DNA from: a virus
Virus record (IMG/VR): IMGVR_UViG_3300045988_183940
Direction: 5' to 3' (one strand)
DNA length: 64,000 bases
The stretch's first letter is position 1. Each line of letters opens with the position of its first letter. This document shows positions 46,707 through 56,155 of the stretch, one piece after another. A program made the position numbers and the translations under genes. The notes beneath the pieces were generated by a model. The model did no database searches and had not been told where the DNA came from. It saw nothing but the letters and a program-made list of their open reading frames with translations.

Positions 46707-47068
46707 AAATTGAGAACTTGAAGCACCTAGAGGAAGTTGTAACTGCAATTACGTATGGAAAACATGAAGGGGACATATTTATCGGAAACAGCAGATATAT
46801 CCCTGAAGCTCCCATGAAAATGGACAAAGGGGAAACTGTAATACGTCTTGTGAACGAAAGAAACAAAACAAAGGAAGTTATCGCAAGACATTCAAAAAAG
46901 CTAAAGGGAATAAAGACATTAAATATAAACAATGATATATTTTCAACATCCCTTGTGAAAAACCCAAAGATTCTAGTACAATGGAAAAGACGTGTAAACG
47001 GAGCTACTGAAACAGACAGCTTGGAACTTGCAAACAAGTTTGATATTATAACAGAATTATTAGGATAA
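46703..47068 (+). CDS. hypothetical protein
   Basis: 121-aa ORF overlapping the previous stop. Confidence 0.45.
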   Translation: MKIENLKHLEEVVTAITYGKHEGDIFIGNSRYIPEAPMKMDKGETVIRLVNERNKTKEVIARHSKKLKGIKTLNINNDIFSTSLVKNPKILVQWKRRVNGATETDSLELANKFDIITELLG

Positions 47069-47076
47069 AACAAAAA

Positions 47077-47101
47077 AGAGCCAGCAAAAAGGCTCTTTTT
47101 A
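47077..47101 (+). terminator. rho-independent terminator
   Basis: Stem AGAGCC/GGCTCT followed by T5. Confidence 0.6.
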
Positions 47102-47234
47102 TATTTGACAACTAAAACCATGGAAAGTATATCACAATTGTTATAAAAAAGCAATAAAAAAGAGCAAGGTTATATATTTTATATTATAAAAAATAGGATT
47201 TATTTCTTAAAATCCTATTTCGTATTGTACTCTT

Positions 47235-47840
47235 TTAACAACGATAACCTATTTCAGCATTTTGTTTATTATAAGCTCTTTTAATAAACTCTTTTTCACT
47301 TAAATTTCCTCCCATTTCAAACAATGATAATTGTCCTTTATTTGGAAAAAATTTTTTTATTAATCTATCTTCTATATCTTTTTGTGTTATAGTGACATTA
47401 TTAGGTAATAAATGAATTACTCTGTATCCTTTTTCAGAAAATATTTTTGAAATCATTATGGCTCTATGACATATTATAGGGTCTTTTTCAGCACACATCA
47501 AAACAATCACATAATTTTTTTCCATAGAATTTTCTAATTTTTTAATTCCTTTTAAAAAATTTTCTGACTTAGAAAATAATTCAAAATCCAAATAACCTTC
47601 TTTTGAATAATATTTTTTATCACTTTGCCTTGCTCCAAATTCTAAAAAATAATTTCTATAATATATTCTATTTTGTTTTAACTTTTTCTTTAAATTTTCT
47701 TTATTATATTCCAAATGGTATTGTGAATAAGGATTACTACGAACATCTATAACAACAGATATTTCATATTTTTTTAATATTTTTATAAAATCATCAATTA
47801 CGAATCCCGAATAACCTATAGTGTATATTTTATTAATCAT
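47235..47840 (-). CDS. DUF488-family protein
   Basis: IYTIGYSGF...VIDVRSNPYS...VIVLMCAEKDPIICHRAIMIS matches the DUF488 signature (DVR..P.S ... C.E..P..CHR). Confidence 0.55.
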   Translation of the reverse strand: MINKIYTIGYSGFVIDDFIKILKKYEISVVIDVRSNPYSQYHLEYNKENLKKKLKQNRIYYRNYFLEFGARQSDKKYYSKEGYLDFELFSKSENFLKGIKKLENSMEKNYVIVLMCAEKDPIICHRAIMISKIFSEKGYRVIHLLPNNVTITQKDIEDRLIKKFFPNKGQLSLFEMGGNLSEKEFIKRAYNKQNAEIGYRC

Positions 47841-47925
47841 TATTATATATAATCATATTTAAAAATTTCAATTTTAAATATTCGATACCATCCCTTCTTT
47901 TTATTTATTATTTAGATTTATTTTT

Positions 47926-48150
47926 CTAAACAGAAAAATAATATATATTTGTTCTTCCAATTAAACCATATTCACACATAGAATTAAGTTTATTTACAAT
48001 ATATTCTTTTAAATTTTCTATCGAAGTTTTATTTTTTTCTATTCTTTTTCTTACTTCATTTAATATATCTTCGATAGTAAATTTTCCTTGCTGTTCTAAA
48101 ATAACATCTGCCACTACAAAACTCAATTCTTCATTTTTTAAACTTGTCAT
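47926..48150 (-). CDS. small hypothetical protein
   Basis: 74-aa ORF. Confidence 0.4.
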   Translation of the reverse strand: MTSLKNEELSFVVADVILEQQGKFTIEDILNEVRKRIEKNKTSIENLKEYIVNKLNSMCEYGLIGRTNIYYFSV

Positions 48151-48344
48151 TTTTTATTCATCCTTTTCTTTTAATTTGTTTTTTATAATTTCAGTTTATT
48201 TTTGCCATTAAAATCAGTAAAAGTTTCAACTTTCAGATTTCCGATTGAAACTTCAACACTATCCCTGTTTAAATGAAATATATAAGAGCAAGGAAAAACC
48301 TTGCCACTTTTAAATATATATAAAATTTTAGCTAGAAGTAATTA

Positions 48345-48418
48345 GTTTGGAGTGCCGTGTCGGACTTGCACCGACATTTCTGGGGTTGCAATCCAGAAGA
48401 TACCTTTTCTCTCAACGG
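48345..48418 (-). tRNA. tRNA-Cys (anticodon GCA) with an unusual T-loop
   Basis: Reverse complement folds as acceptor GTGCCGT/ACGGCAC, anticodon loop TTGCAAC, T-arm GTCGG-TGCAAGT-CCGAC, discriminator U, encoded CCA. The anticodon stem has one A.C mismatch. Confidence 0.55.
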
Positions 48419-48462
48419 CACATAAAAAATTCCTTTTTAAATACGCTATTTATAATTATTTT

Positions 48463-48554
48463 GGCGGACAGGGCGGGACTCGAACCCGCAACCGCTTTTA
48501 CACGGGTCGCTGTTTTCAAGACAGCTCGGCTACCAGTTACCTTTTACCCGTCCA
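48463..48554 (-). tRNA. class II tRNA-Ser (anticodon TGA) with a non-canonical D-arm region
   Basis: Reverse complement: acceptor GGACGGG/CCTGTCC, anticodon arm GCTGT-CTTGAAA-ACAGC, long variable arm, T-arm GCGGG-TTCGAGT-CCCGC, discriminator G, CCA. The D-stem is only found shifted 3 nt (GGT/GCC). Confidence 0.5.
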
Positions 48555-48921
48555 GCTTTATATCTTATTATATCATATCTTTTAATAAATGTCAAGGACA
48601 ATTTTGAAAAATTTTGAAAATTTTTCAATAATTTATGAGTGAACGTTTTGCGATGAGGTACTTTATATTTGACAAAACATTTTAAATTTGATATAATAAG
48701 TTATCCAATTAATTAAAAATGAGATGTGAAATAAAAGTTTAGCCGACTTTCCAAAATCCCATCATCCCATTTCAATTATAATAAGTATATCATACTTTTA
48801 ATAATTTGTCAAACATTAATTTAATTGAAATAATGGAAATGGGATTTTAAAACAAAGTGACAAACTTTTAAGAAAATCCCATTTTATATTGGAAATAATT
48901 ATTGAAAGGATATAATAAATT

Positions 48922-49770
48922 ATGAACACAGAAATTGCAAATGTTGTTACAACAGAAAAACTGAATGAACAATTTGAATTTTTTGAAAGCGAAGATTTTG
49001 GAAGACTTGAAATTCTAGTAATCAACGGAAAGATTTATTTTCCAGCAATACAGGCTGCCCGTACGTTAGGATATAAAAATCCAAGAGACGCTATCAAAAA
49101 ACATTGTTTAGAGGACGGGGTCGTGTTTTACGACGGGGTGGTAAAAAGCGGTAAAACAAAGGATGGACAATATTTTGAACAGGTTGAAAAAATAAAATAT
49201 ATAAACGAAGGAAACCTGTACCGACTCATAGTAAAATCAAAGCTGCCATCAGCACATAAATTTGAAAAATGGGTATTTGACGAAGTGATTCCGTCAATAA
49301 GGCACACAGGCTATTATGTAAATCCTCTTCATAAGGATATTAATAACATGCAAAGCTCATTTAACAGAATTTCTGAAATGAACGCAAGAAGCAGACAGGG
49401 AGAGCTTCTATACTCAATAGCAAAAGACATTCAGAACGAGCTTATGAAAAATACTCTCTTAATAAAGGCAGCAAACATCACAACAGGCGAAGAGCTCTTA
49501 CAGCTTCCTGAAGTAAAGGAAAAATCATATACGGCAGAAGAAATTGCAAATGAGCTATATATAAGATACAGTATTGACATTACAAAAATAATGATTGGAA
49601 AAATAGCAAATGCACATAACTTAAAGACAGAAGAAAACGGATATTTTGCATTTGACATGGCAGCTAAAGCTGTAAAGCAGGTTGAATCATTCAGGTACTA
49701 CATAAAAGCAGTTGATATAATATATAACATTATAAGAAATGATGAAAAACTTAGCAAAAAATACTTATAA
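48922..49770 (+). CDS. phage antirepressor-like protein (Bro-N domain)
   Basis: N-terminal FESEDFGRLEILVINGKIYFPAIQAARTLGYKNPRDAIKKH is Bro-N / Ant-like. Upstream region carries AAAATCCCAT repeats. Confidence 0.6.
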   Translation: MNTEIANVVTTEKLNEQFEFFESEDFGRLEILVINGKIYFPAIQAARTLGYKNPRDAIKKHCLEDGVVFYDGVVKSGKTKDGQYFEQVEKIKYINEGNLYRLIVKSKLPSAHKFEKWVFDEVIPSIRHTGYYVNPLHKDINNMQSSFNRISEMNARSRQGELLYSIAKDIQNELMKNTLLIKAANITTGEELLQLPEVKEKSYTAEEIANELYIRYSIDITKIMIGKIANAHNLKTEENGYFAFDMAAKAVKQVESFRYYIKAVDIIYNIIRNDEKLSKKYL

Positions 49771-49777
49771 TAAAAAA

Positions 49778-49800
49778 AGAGCGATTAAATGCTCTTTTTC
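49778..49800. terminator. bidirectional terminator between convergent genes
   Basis: Stem AGAGC/GCTCT flanked by an A-run and a T-run. Confidence 0.55.
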
Positions 49801-49807
49801 TTATTTA

Positions 49808-50065
49808 TTATACATTTCTATAAATTTCAAGAAGTCCACACTTTTTGAGTTTTGCAAACTTGTGCCTACAGCTGTCAGGAGTCCGCTCAAGCATGAGTCC
49901 AATATCCTCATATTTCATTTGCGGTCTTGCGTTCACAAGCTCACGTATTTCACCAACAGTCCATTCAGCTTTGTGCCTTGGAAAAAGCTCCTTGTTATAT
50001 GCAAGCCTTTTTCCTTTATGATAACGCATATAACCGTTATTATCTATATATTTATCGTCATCCAT
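49808..50065 (-). CDS. small Myb/SANT-like DNA-binding protein
   Basis: WTVGEIRELV...YEDIGLMLERTPDSCRHKFAKL resembles a Myb/SANT repeat. Confidence 0.4.
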   Translation of the reverse strand: MDDDKYIDNNGYMRYHKGKRLAYNKELFPRHKAEWTVGEIRELVNARPQMKYEDIGLMLERTPDSCRHKFAKLKKCGLLEIYRNV

Positions 50066-50096
50066 TTTAATGATTTCCTTTCAATACCAATATTAA

Positions 50097-50675
50097 CTAT
50101 TCCACTATAATCTTCTGAAAATTTAAAGTATGGCTATCTTTTATGCAATTAACAGCTATGCAGTTATCAAATATCATATTTACTTTATTCTGCAACTCAG
50201 CCTCGTTTTCAGGATTTCCTTCAAAGCCGTTTAAAAGATATTGATATACTTTTGTTTTAAAGAGGTTCTTTAAATCGGATTCTTTTGATAATATATCAGA
50301 AAAACAGTTTGAAAAGATTATTTGACAACGGTTATCCAAACTGTCCAACACATCTAAAAATTCGCTCTGCCCTCTGTACTCATCAATAAACAGAAAATCA
50401 AATTTATCATTACTTCTTACATATTCTGAAAACTCTAAAAAATTATCGGACACAAAATCATCTGACTGTTTCAATTTTCCTGCAAGCTCCATTTCAGGAT
50501 TAAATGAAAAAAATCCTGCTTTTTTACCGTCTTTTAACTTGTCCCACAAACACATCATAAAACTTGACTTACCTGTTCCAGCACCGCCCATAAATGCAAT
50601 ATTTTTCCCATTATTTATAGCAGATTCAACAGCAGTTTTTACATCCGCTGGAATAATATTTTCATATTCCGTCAT
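50097..50675 (-). CDS. small P-loop NTPase
   Basis: Walker A FMGGAGTGKSS and Walker B FLFIDEY. Confidence 0.6.
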   Translation of the reverse strand: MTEYENIIPADVKTAVESAINNGKNIAFMGGAGTGKSSFMMCLWDKLKDGKKAGFFSFNPEMELAGKLKQSDDFVSDNFLEFSEYVRSNDKFDFLFIDEYRGQSEFLDVLDSLDNRCQIIFSNCFSDILSKESDLKNLFKTKVYQYLLNGFEGNPENEAELQNKVNMIFDNCIAVNCIKDSHTLNFQKIIVE

Positions 50676-50703
50676 TTTACATCACATCCTGTCATAAATT
50701 AAT

Positions 50704-51171
50704 TTATTTCAAATATCTTGTATTTTGCTTAACTTCAACATCCATTTTCCACTCTGATGGACGGTTTCTTGAAAAAGAGATTTTATACATCACATCTGGC
50801 AAAATGTTACCATATATAGCTTTATATTGTTCCTCTGAGAAATTCACATATCTTTTTGGGAACATTTCAATTAATATCCTCTCATCTGTTCTGTCAATGT
50901 TCTTAATTTCACATTCATTAATCTCGAAAAAACGAGAGACATAATTATCAAAAAGACCAATTTCAAATAGAGCCTTTTTATAAAACCTTATCTGCTCTTC
51001 TACACAAGAACCTTCATATTTTGTATAAAACTTAACAAAACTTCCTTTATCAATTTTATTTTTACAGCACACACGTATTATGTTCTTTATATTTTTAATG
51101 TTATATGGCAAAATTTCATAGCTGACATATACGTTTTTATCTTTATTAATTTTAATAATCATATAAAACAA
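50704..51171 (-). CDS. hypothetical protein
   Basis: 155-aa ORF. Confidence 0.5.
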   Translation of the reverse strand: MFYMIIKINKDKNVYVSYEILPYNIKNIKNIIRVCCKNKIDKGSFVKFYTKYEGSCVEEQIRFYKKALFEIGLFDNYVSRFFEINECEIKNIDRTDERILIEMFPKRYVNFSEEQYKAIYGNILPDVMYKISFSRNRPSEWKMDVEVKQNTRYLK

Positions 51172-51193
51172 ATCCTTTCATTGTAAAAAATTT

Positions 51194-51706
51194 TTAAAAT
51201 TGGGACATCTCAACTTTAATTCGCCACAATGTGCTTGAATTTTTTCTTGGAAATATAAATTTTTTCTTTGGGAATATGAGCTTATATTTAACATCAGGAA
51301 AAATATCTCCGCATAAAAGCTCACCTATATTAGCTTTTCCGTCATTAAAATAAACAGTTGGTGTCATATTAATTTCTACATCACCATTTTCAAGCTCATT
51401 AATTTTTTCAATTCTGCATTCACTTGATATTTCTGAAACTTTGCAAAGTTCATCTAACATATCATGGGAATAAAAAGAATCTTGTTCAATACGTTTTTTC
51501 ATTTTTTCTATGGTATCTTTTAAATAAGTATTATCAAACTTTGTATGAAACTCACATCTTGTAACATAGTTAGAAAGTTCATTTTTCCTATACTTTTTTA
51601 TAATCCTTAAAACTTCCTTTTCAGTACGGCTGTCAATTTCATACCTTATAATTGCTTTTTCTTCATTTTCAATACGAATCAGCATAAAACTTTCCCTCAC
51701 TCTCAA
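51194..51706 (-). CDS. hypothetical protein
   Basis: 170-aa ORF. Confidence 0.5.
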   Translation of the reverse strand: MRVRESFMLIRIENEEKAIIRYEIDSRTEKEVLRIIKKYRKNELSNYVTRCEFHTKFDNTYLKDTIEKMKKRIEQDSFYSHDMLDELCKVSEISSECRIEKINELENGDVEINMTPTVYFNDGKANIGELLCGDIFPDVKYKLIFPKKKFIFPRKNSSTLWRIKVEMSQF

Positions 51707-51953
51707 ATACAGATTTACAAAGCTGAGCCTTCATATAGTCGTATGCCTGAGACGCTTCGTCATACGTGTCATAGCAAAGCTCTATCTTTTCATTTTCATA
51801 TCTTGTTACAGACATGTCCTTATCATCAGCTGGAAACAGCTTAATGCAATAAAATCCGTTTTCATCCTTTTTATTTTTAGGACATATTACTTTCTTATAA
51901 TTTTTCATATTAAGAATATATTTTCCGTATATGTCCTTAACGCAAATCCACAT
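51669..51953 (-). CDS. hypothetical protein
   Basis: 94-aa ORF overlapping the downstream gene start. Confidence 0.45.
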   Translation of the reverse strand: MWICVKDIYGKYILNMKNYKKVICPKNKKDENGFYCIKLFPADDKDMSVTRYENEKIELCYDTYDEASQAYDYMKAQLCKSVFESEGKFYADSY

Positions 51954-51973
51954 ATTTAATCACATCCTTTTAA

Positions 51974-53251
51974 TTATTTTACAATATCTTTCAAATAAAT
52001 ATCACTTGTCATAAGTTCAACGCTGTCAAGCTCTTTTCTGAAACTTTCCTTAATATAATCAAAATAATATTCATTATTTACAACAATTCTAAAGCCTGAA
52101 TAAATTACGACAAAACTATCTGGAACAGTACAACCATCTCCAATTATTCCGCATTTTAATGATAATGTCATATCATTTTTTCTCGAAATACAAAGAAGTG
52201 TGCCAAATGTGTCAATGTCAATATGATTTTTATTAATGGTGATGTGTTTTCCATCCTTAGATGAAATTTCCCAGCTGTAGCTTTTTACGCTGTATTCAAC
52301 TTCACATTTCCCGTATTTTCTTACATACTCCGTTAAAAGTTCAATGGATAAATAAAAAACATCCAAATTTTTAATATAGTGTACAACTTTGTTTTTCGTA
52401 ACACTATAACTGTCACTTATCTTAAACCAGCTTCCATTTGGCACAAATTTTGAAAGCTCGGCAAGATAATATCCAAAATAAGGATGAGTTTCCTCAAACT
52501 TCAGACTCATAAACTTCTGAACAAGAACAGGATAAAGAATAAAGGCATTGAAATACTTTTCAAAAAGAACTCCAAATGCTCCGTCTTCCATAAGCCTTAT
52601 TGTGCTTGAAACAAGCCTTGACACTTCCTCATATCTTACATAATAAAGAAATTTAACTATTTCAGGTGTAATCTTGCCTGAAAAGGCTGGAAGATTGTTA
52701 CCGCATACCTGAAACTCAGTAAATCCGTCAAGCACACGGAAAGTAAATCCAACATCAGTAAAATTTTCATTGCGGTTGTCAGTACATCGTCTTAAGAAAA
52801 CGCAGGGATGACTGTATTCTGTAACATTAAAATTCTTAAATTCAAACTTTCCTATAGACTTTATTGACTTAAGAACATCCTCATACGAAAGCTCACGTCT
52901 GCTATCAGTTATATGAAGTTTTGAAAGTCCGCCTTCCTGAAACTTCGGACTCTTAAGATTAAACTTGAAGTCATCAATCACAAGATTTATTTCAGAAACA
53001 TTGCTCCATTTTCCATTATTTTTAATCCTGTTAATAAATGAGGACATAATCTTGATTCCATCATATAAAAGAACATTCCTGTTGGTAACTTCAACAAGCC
53101 CCAAAAATCCAATTTTTACTACACCATCATTGATTTCAATACTGCTATTTAAGATAGCACCGCTATATATTAGAAGATAAAAACCATTTTGGGACACATC
53201 AAAATCAATATCCGCAATGTCTGTGATATAATTAATTTTTACACTTTTCAT
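51974..53251 (-). CDS. hypothetical protein
   Basis: 425-aa ORF. No motif recognised. Confidence 0.55.
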   Translation of the reverse strand: MKSVKINYITDIADIDFDVSQNGFYLLIYSGAILNSSIEINDGVVKIGFLGLVEVTNRNVLLYDGIKIMSSFINRIKNNGKWSNVSEINLVIDDFKFNLKSPKFQEGGLSKLHITDSRRELSYEDVLKSIKSIGKFEFKNFNVTEYSHPCVFLRRCTDNRNENFTDVGFTFRVLDGFTEFQVCGNNLPAFSGKITPEIVKFLYYVRYEEVSRLVSSTIRLMEDGAFGVLFEKYFNAFILYPVLVQKFMSLKFEETHPYFGYYLAELSKFVPNGSWFKISDSYSVTKNKVVHYIKNLDVFYLSIELLTEYVRKYGKCEVEYSVKSYSWEISSKDGKHITINKNHIDIDTFGTLLCISRKNDMTLSLKCGIIGDGCTVPDSFVVIYSGFRIVVNNEYYFDYIKESFRKELDSVELMTSDIYLKDIVK

Positions 53252-53363
53252 AACATCAATCCTTTCTAAACTGTTACTTTTATTATACCATAAAACTTAA
53301 CATTAATCAATAAAAAATACCAAATAAAAAAAGAGATATTTTAAAAATATCCCTTTATTTCTA

Positions 53364-54959
53364 TTATCCCTTATATTCAGCCATAAACCTGCAATGATAT
53401 TTTCGTGCAAGCTCATCGCCTTTTTCAGAAACATTATCTATATACTCAGCTGAATGACTGTTATACGTCAAGTAATGAAAACCATTTACATTTCTCGCAA
53501 GAAGTGAATTTCTGTCAGGGGTTATTACGACAAATGATATATCAGGATGTCCATAATTATCTGGAATCATAAGAGTATTTAATGTGGAAGCTGCATTTCC
53601 AAGTTCAGTTTTAGAAATACTGTCCATTTTTAAATCTTTATTTACATCTTTAGCAAGAATTTCACTCATAGTTTTCTCGCAATTTGGCTTTTCAGAATTT
53701 TCTGAAACGTTATGCTGCCTGCGTAATTCAAGCATTTCAGAAAGAACGTCATACATTTCATCAAAGCTGTAAGGACATGTCTGTGACAAGATATGAACGT
53801 TATCAATAATCTTAAATACTGTATCACGACGCAAAAAGTGCCTGCTGTCAATCCGTATTTCATAATCAGAATGGACATAGTGTGAAAGCTGCTCCATATT
53901 TCTAATATCAAGTCTGCATTTTCCATAAGAATTTAAACATAAAATGCTTAAAATTTCCAAGGCACTCAATTCTCTTCCCTTGAAATCATGTGAATTAAGC
54001 TCTAAAAAATTCTGGAACAAAGTAGAGCCGACTGTGCTTATAAAATGTGAAACTGCTGTAATAAACTCCACATCTCCATAACACTCAGATATGTTATTCT
54101 GTCTATCGAAATTAACCACGTTAAGCCCTTTCTGTATATAAAATCTCTGCACTCTTCCAAAAGCCCACTCAAAATTTACATATTTACCATTATATGCAAA
54201 TGACTTATACGAAGCCCAGAACAGTTGTGGAATTTTTTCAAGCTCATCATTCAGACAAGTACTGCCAATATTCCCTTTTTCGTTTACATGCACTGTCCTT
54301 GATTTATACTCACAGCTTCCAGAAAAAGTAAGTTCTGTATTATTTGAAAAATTAACTGTTACAGGAAGGGAACTGTCTCCAATATTGATATGCTTAGCAA
54401 TCTGTCCAGCAAGAGTAATATCTGACTTTTTATAATTAAGTGCGTCTGAATCACATAAAGCGAACAGTATATCCCGATTATTTTTTATAAGCATGCCTAC
54501 AGGAACACCGCTACTAATGTTATATGAAAACTTTTCCCTGTCAAAAGGTACAAACTGCATTGCAAAATTAAACTTGTCCAAATTAAGCATTGGGTTAGCT
54601 TTTATTACACCTTTTGCAAAATATCGTGACAAAATTTCAGTAACGCTCATAAGAGATGACATCACGCCATCTGGAAAATTGTTTATAAGCCTTGAATCGC
54701 CAATGCTCTTGACATATACATCGGAAAACTTGCTTTTTAAAGTAAGAACCAAGTCATAGCCAGAATTTTCAATGCTGCCTATAAAATCTTCAGTCGAAAA
54801 TCCAATCTTTTCAAGCCTTGAGCTAAGATATATTGCGACATTCCTGCTAAATTCCATAAGCTGTATATCATCAATGGCATATTTTATTCTAAGCTCCTTG
54901 ACAAACTCATCCGAATAGCTGAAAATCATTCCATAATACTCATAGTTTTTTAAATCCAT
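53364..54959 (-). CDS. hypothetical protein
   Basis: 531-aa ORF with its own upstream promoter and a downstream hairpin terminator. Confidence 0.55.
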   Translation of the reverse strand: MDLKNYEYYGMIFSYSDEFVKELRIKYAIDDIQLMEFSRNVAIYLSSRLEKIGFSTEDFIGSIENSGYDLVLTLKSKFSDVYVKSIGDSRLINNFPDGVMSSLMSVTEILSRYFAKGVIKANPMLNLDKFNFAMQFVPFDREKFSYNISSGVPVGMLIKNNRDILFALCDSDALNYKKSDITLAGQIAKHINIGDSSLPVTVNFSNNTELTFSGSCEYKSRTVHVNEKGNIGSTCLNDELEKIPQLFWASYKSFAYNGKYVNFEWAFGRVQRFYIQKGLNVVNFDRQNNISECYGDVEFITAVSHFISTVGSTLFQNFLELNSHDFKGRELSALEILSILCLNSYGKCRLDIRNMEQLSHYVHSDYEIRIDSRHFLRRDTVFKIIDNVHILSQTCPYSFDEMYDVLSEMLELRRQHNVSENSEKPNCEKTMSEILAKDVNKDLKMDSISKTELGNAASTLNTLMIPDNYGHPDISFVVITPDRNSLLARNVNGFHYLTYNSHSAEYIDNVSEKGDELARKYHCRFMAEYKG

Positions 54960-54997
54960 TTCTATTGTCCTCTTTTCTTAAAAATCGTTGGCATTCC

Positions 54998-55026
54998 GCC
55001 GTATAATTATTATATCAAAATACTTA
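54998..55026 (-). promoter_or_regulatory. internal sigma70 promoter (TTGACA-N17-TGATATAAT) for the 531-aa gene
   Basis: Read on the minus strand: TTGACAATTATTAAGTATTTTGATATAAT. A hairpin AAGAGAC/GTCTCTT at about 55045..55070 lies upstream of it. Confidence 0.5.
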
Positions 55027-55113
55027 ATAATTGTCAATATAAAAAGAGACTTAATAAAAAATCTCTTTAAATTAAATAAATTATTTTATTTTTTAATTTT
55101 TAACATTTCCTTT

Positions 55114-56154
55114 TTATTTCAACATAAAGGAGTTATAAAGTTTATAAGAAAGTGAATTTTTATGGTATTCAAGTTCATCTTTTTCTAATTTTTCATATTT
55201 CAATACAAAATCAATAAGAAGATTTTCCAGCACATATTCTTTTAGTAATAACTTATTTTTTGTATGTGTGCAAACCTTATCATGAGACTTGTATTTGAAA
55301 ATACTTTTTTCATCAAAACTTTTAATTAGGAAGCCAAATACAAAGCCAGTTCTAAAATCAAAACTTAAAATATTTGACACATAATTTATACAAACATCCT
55401 TTTTAAAAAACAGCTTCTTAAGTACAATGCCAAATTCAAGAAAATCTCTATCTGAATTATTAAAAATATCAAGAAATTTAAAACCTTGGTTAAAAAACGG
55501 AGCATAATGTATTTCAACTTTGCCCCATATAACTTTAAAATTATATTCAATAGAAGAATTATGAAATAAACTAATAATATTAAATACAGTATTTATATCT
55601 ATACTTTCAGATAATCCAATTTCTACAACAATATTGGAATCCGAAGAAAATTTTACATATCCAGTATTATCTTTAAATAAATAATTACATTTTCCTGATG
55701 TAATTGCTAACGAAATTCCAGTTATAAATTTTTCCAAGTTTCCAACTGGAGAAATATTAAGATGTCTTTCATCAATATAATATTCGTCAAGCACATCAAA
55801 TATAGATAAAAACTGTTTCATAGCAAAGTCCCTGTAAACCTTAACAGTCTTAAGGCTAACAAGCCTGTCAAAAATCATTGCTGTGTTCCATTTCACATAA
55901 AGCCTCATATCGTCAACATTAACATAAGTTATTTCAACAACCCTCAAGTCATACCCATCAATTCCATATTTAACTAATTTCTTGTCAATTTTTTGACAAA
56001 GCTCTTTCGTAAATGAGACCATATAATCATTATCCATAAGAGTTCCAAATATTTCTTGATTATTTGGATGTATTGGCTGATTGAACATATCTTTTTCTAA
56101 ACTAACATGAATATACTTTTGAGGAGCATTTACTTTTAAATATTCATTCCCCAT
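55114..56154 (-). CDS. hypothetical protein
   Basis: 346-aa ORF. Confidence 0.55.
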   Translation of the reverse strand: MGNEYLKVNAPQKYIHVSLEKDMFNQPIHPNNQEIFGTLMDNDYMVSFTKELCQKIDKKLVKYGIDGYDLRVVEITYVNVDDMRLYVKWNTAMIFDRLVSLKTVKVYRDFAMKQFLSIFDVLDEYYIDERHLNISPVGNLEKFITGISLAITSGKCNYLFKDNTGYVKFSSDSNIVVEIGLSESIDINTVFNIISLFHNSSIEYNFKVIWGKVEIHYAPFFNQGFKFLDIFNNSDRDFLEFGIVLKKLFFKKDVCINYVSNILSFDFRTGFVFGFLIKSFDEKSIFKYKSHDKVCTHTKNKLLLKEYVLENLLIDFVLKYEKLEKDELEYHKNSLSYKLYNSFMLK

Positions 56155-56155
56155 T

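Noticed and set aside
48246-48300. Hairpin GCAAGGAAAAACCTTGC and inverted repeat GTTTCAA/TTGAAAC upstream of the tRNAs
   Set aside because: The sequence can form stem-loops but lacks a clear T-run on either strand. It may be a tRNA-operon leader structure, but there is too little evidence to call a terminator or att core.
48347-48607. Plus-strand ORFs 48347..48607 and 48352..48585
   Set aside because: They lie across the two minus-strand tRNA genes and have no RBS. They are spurious.
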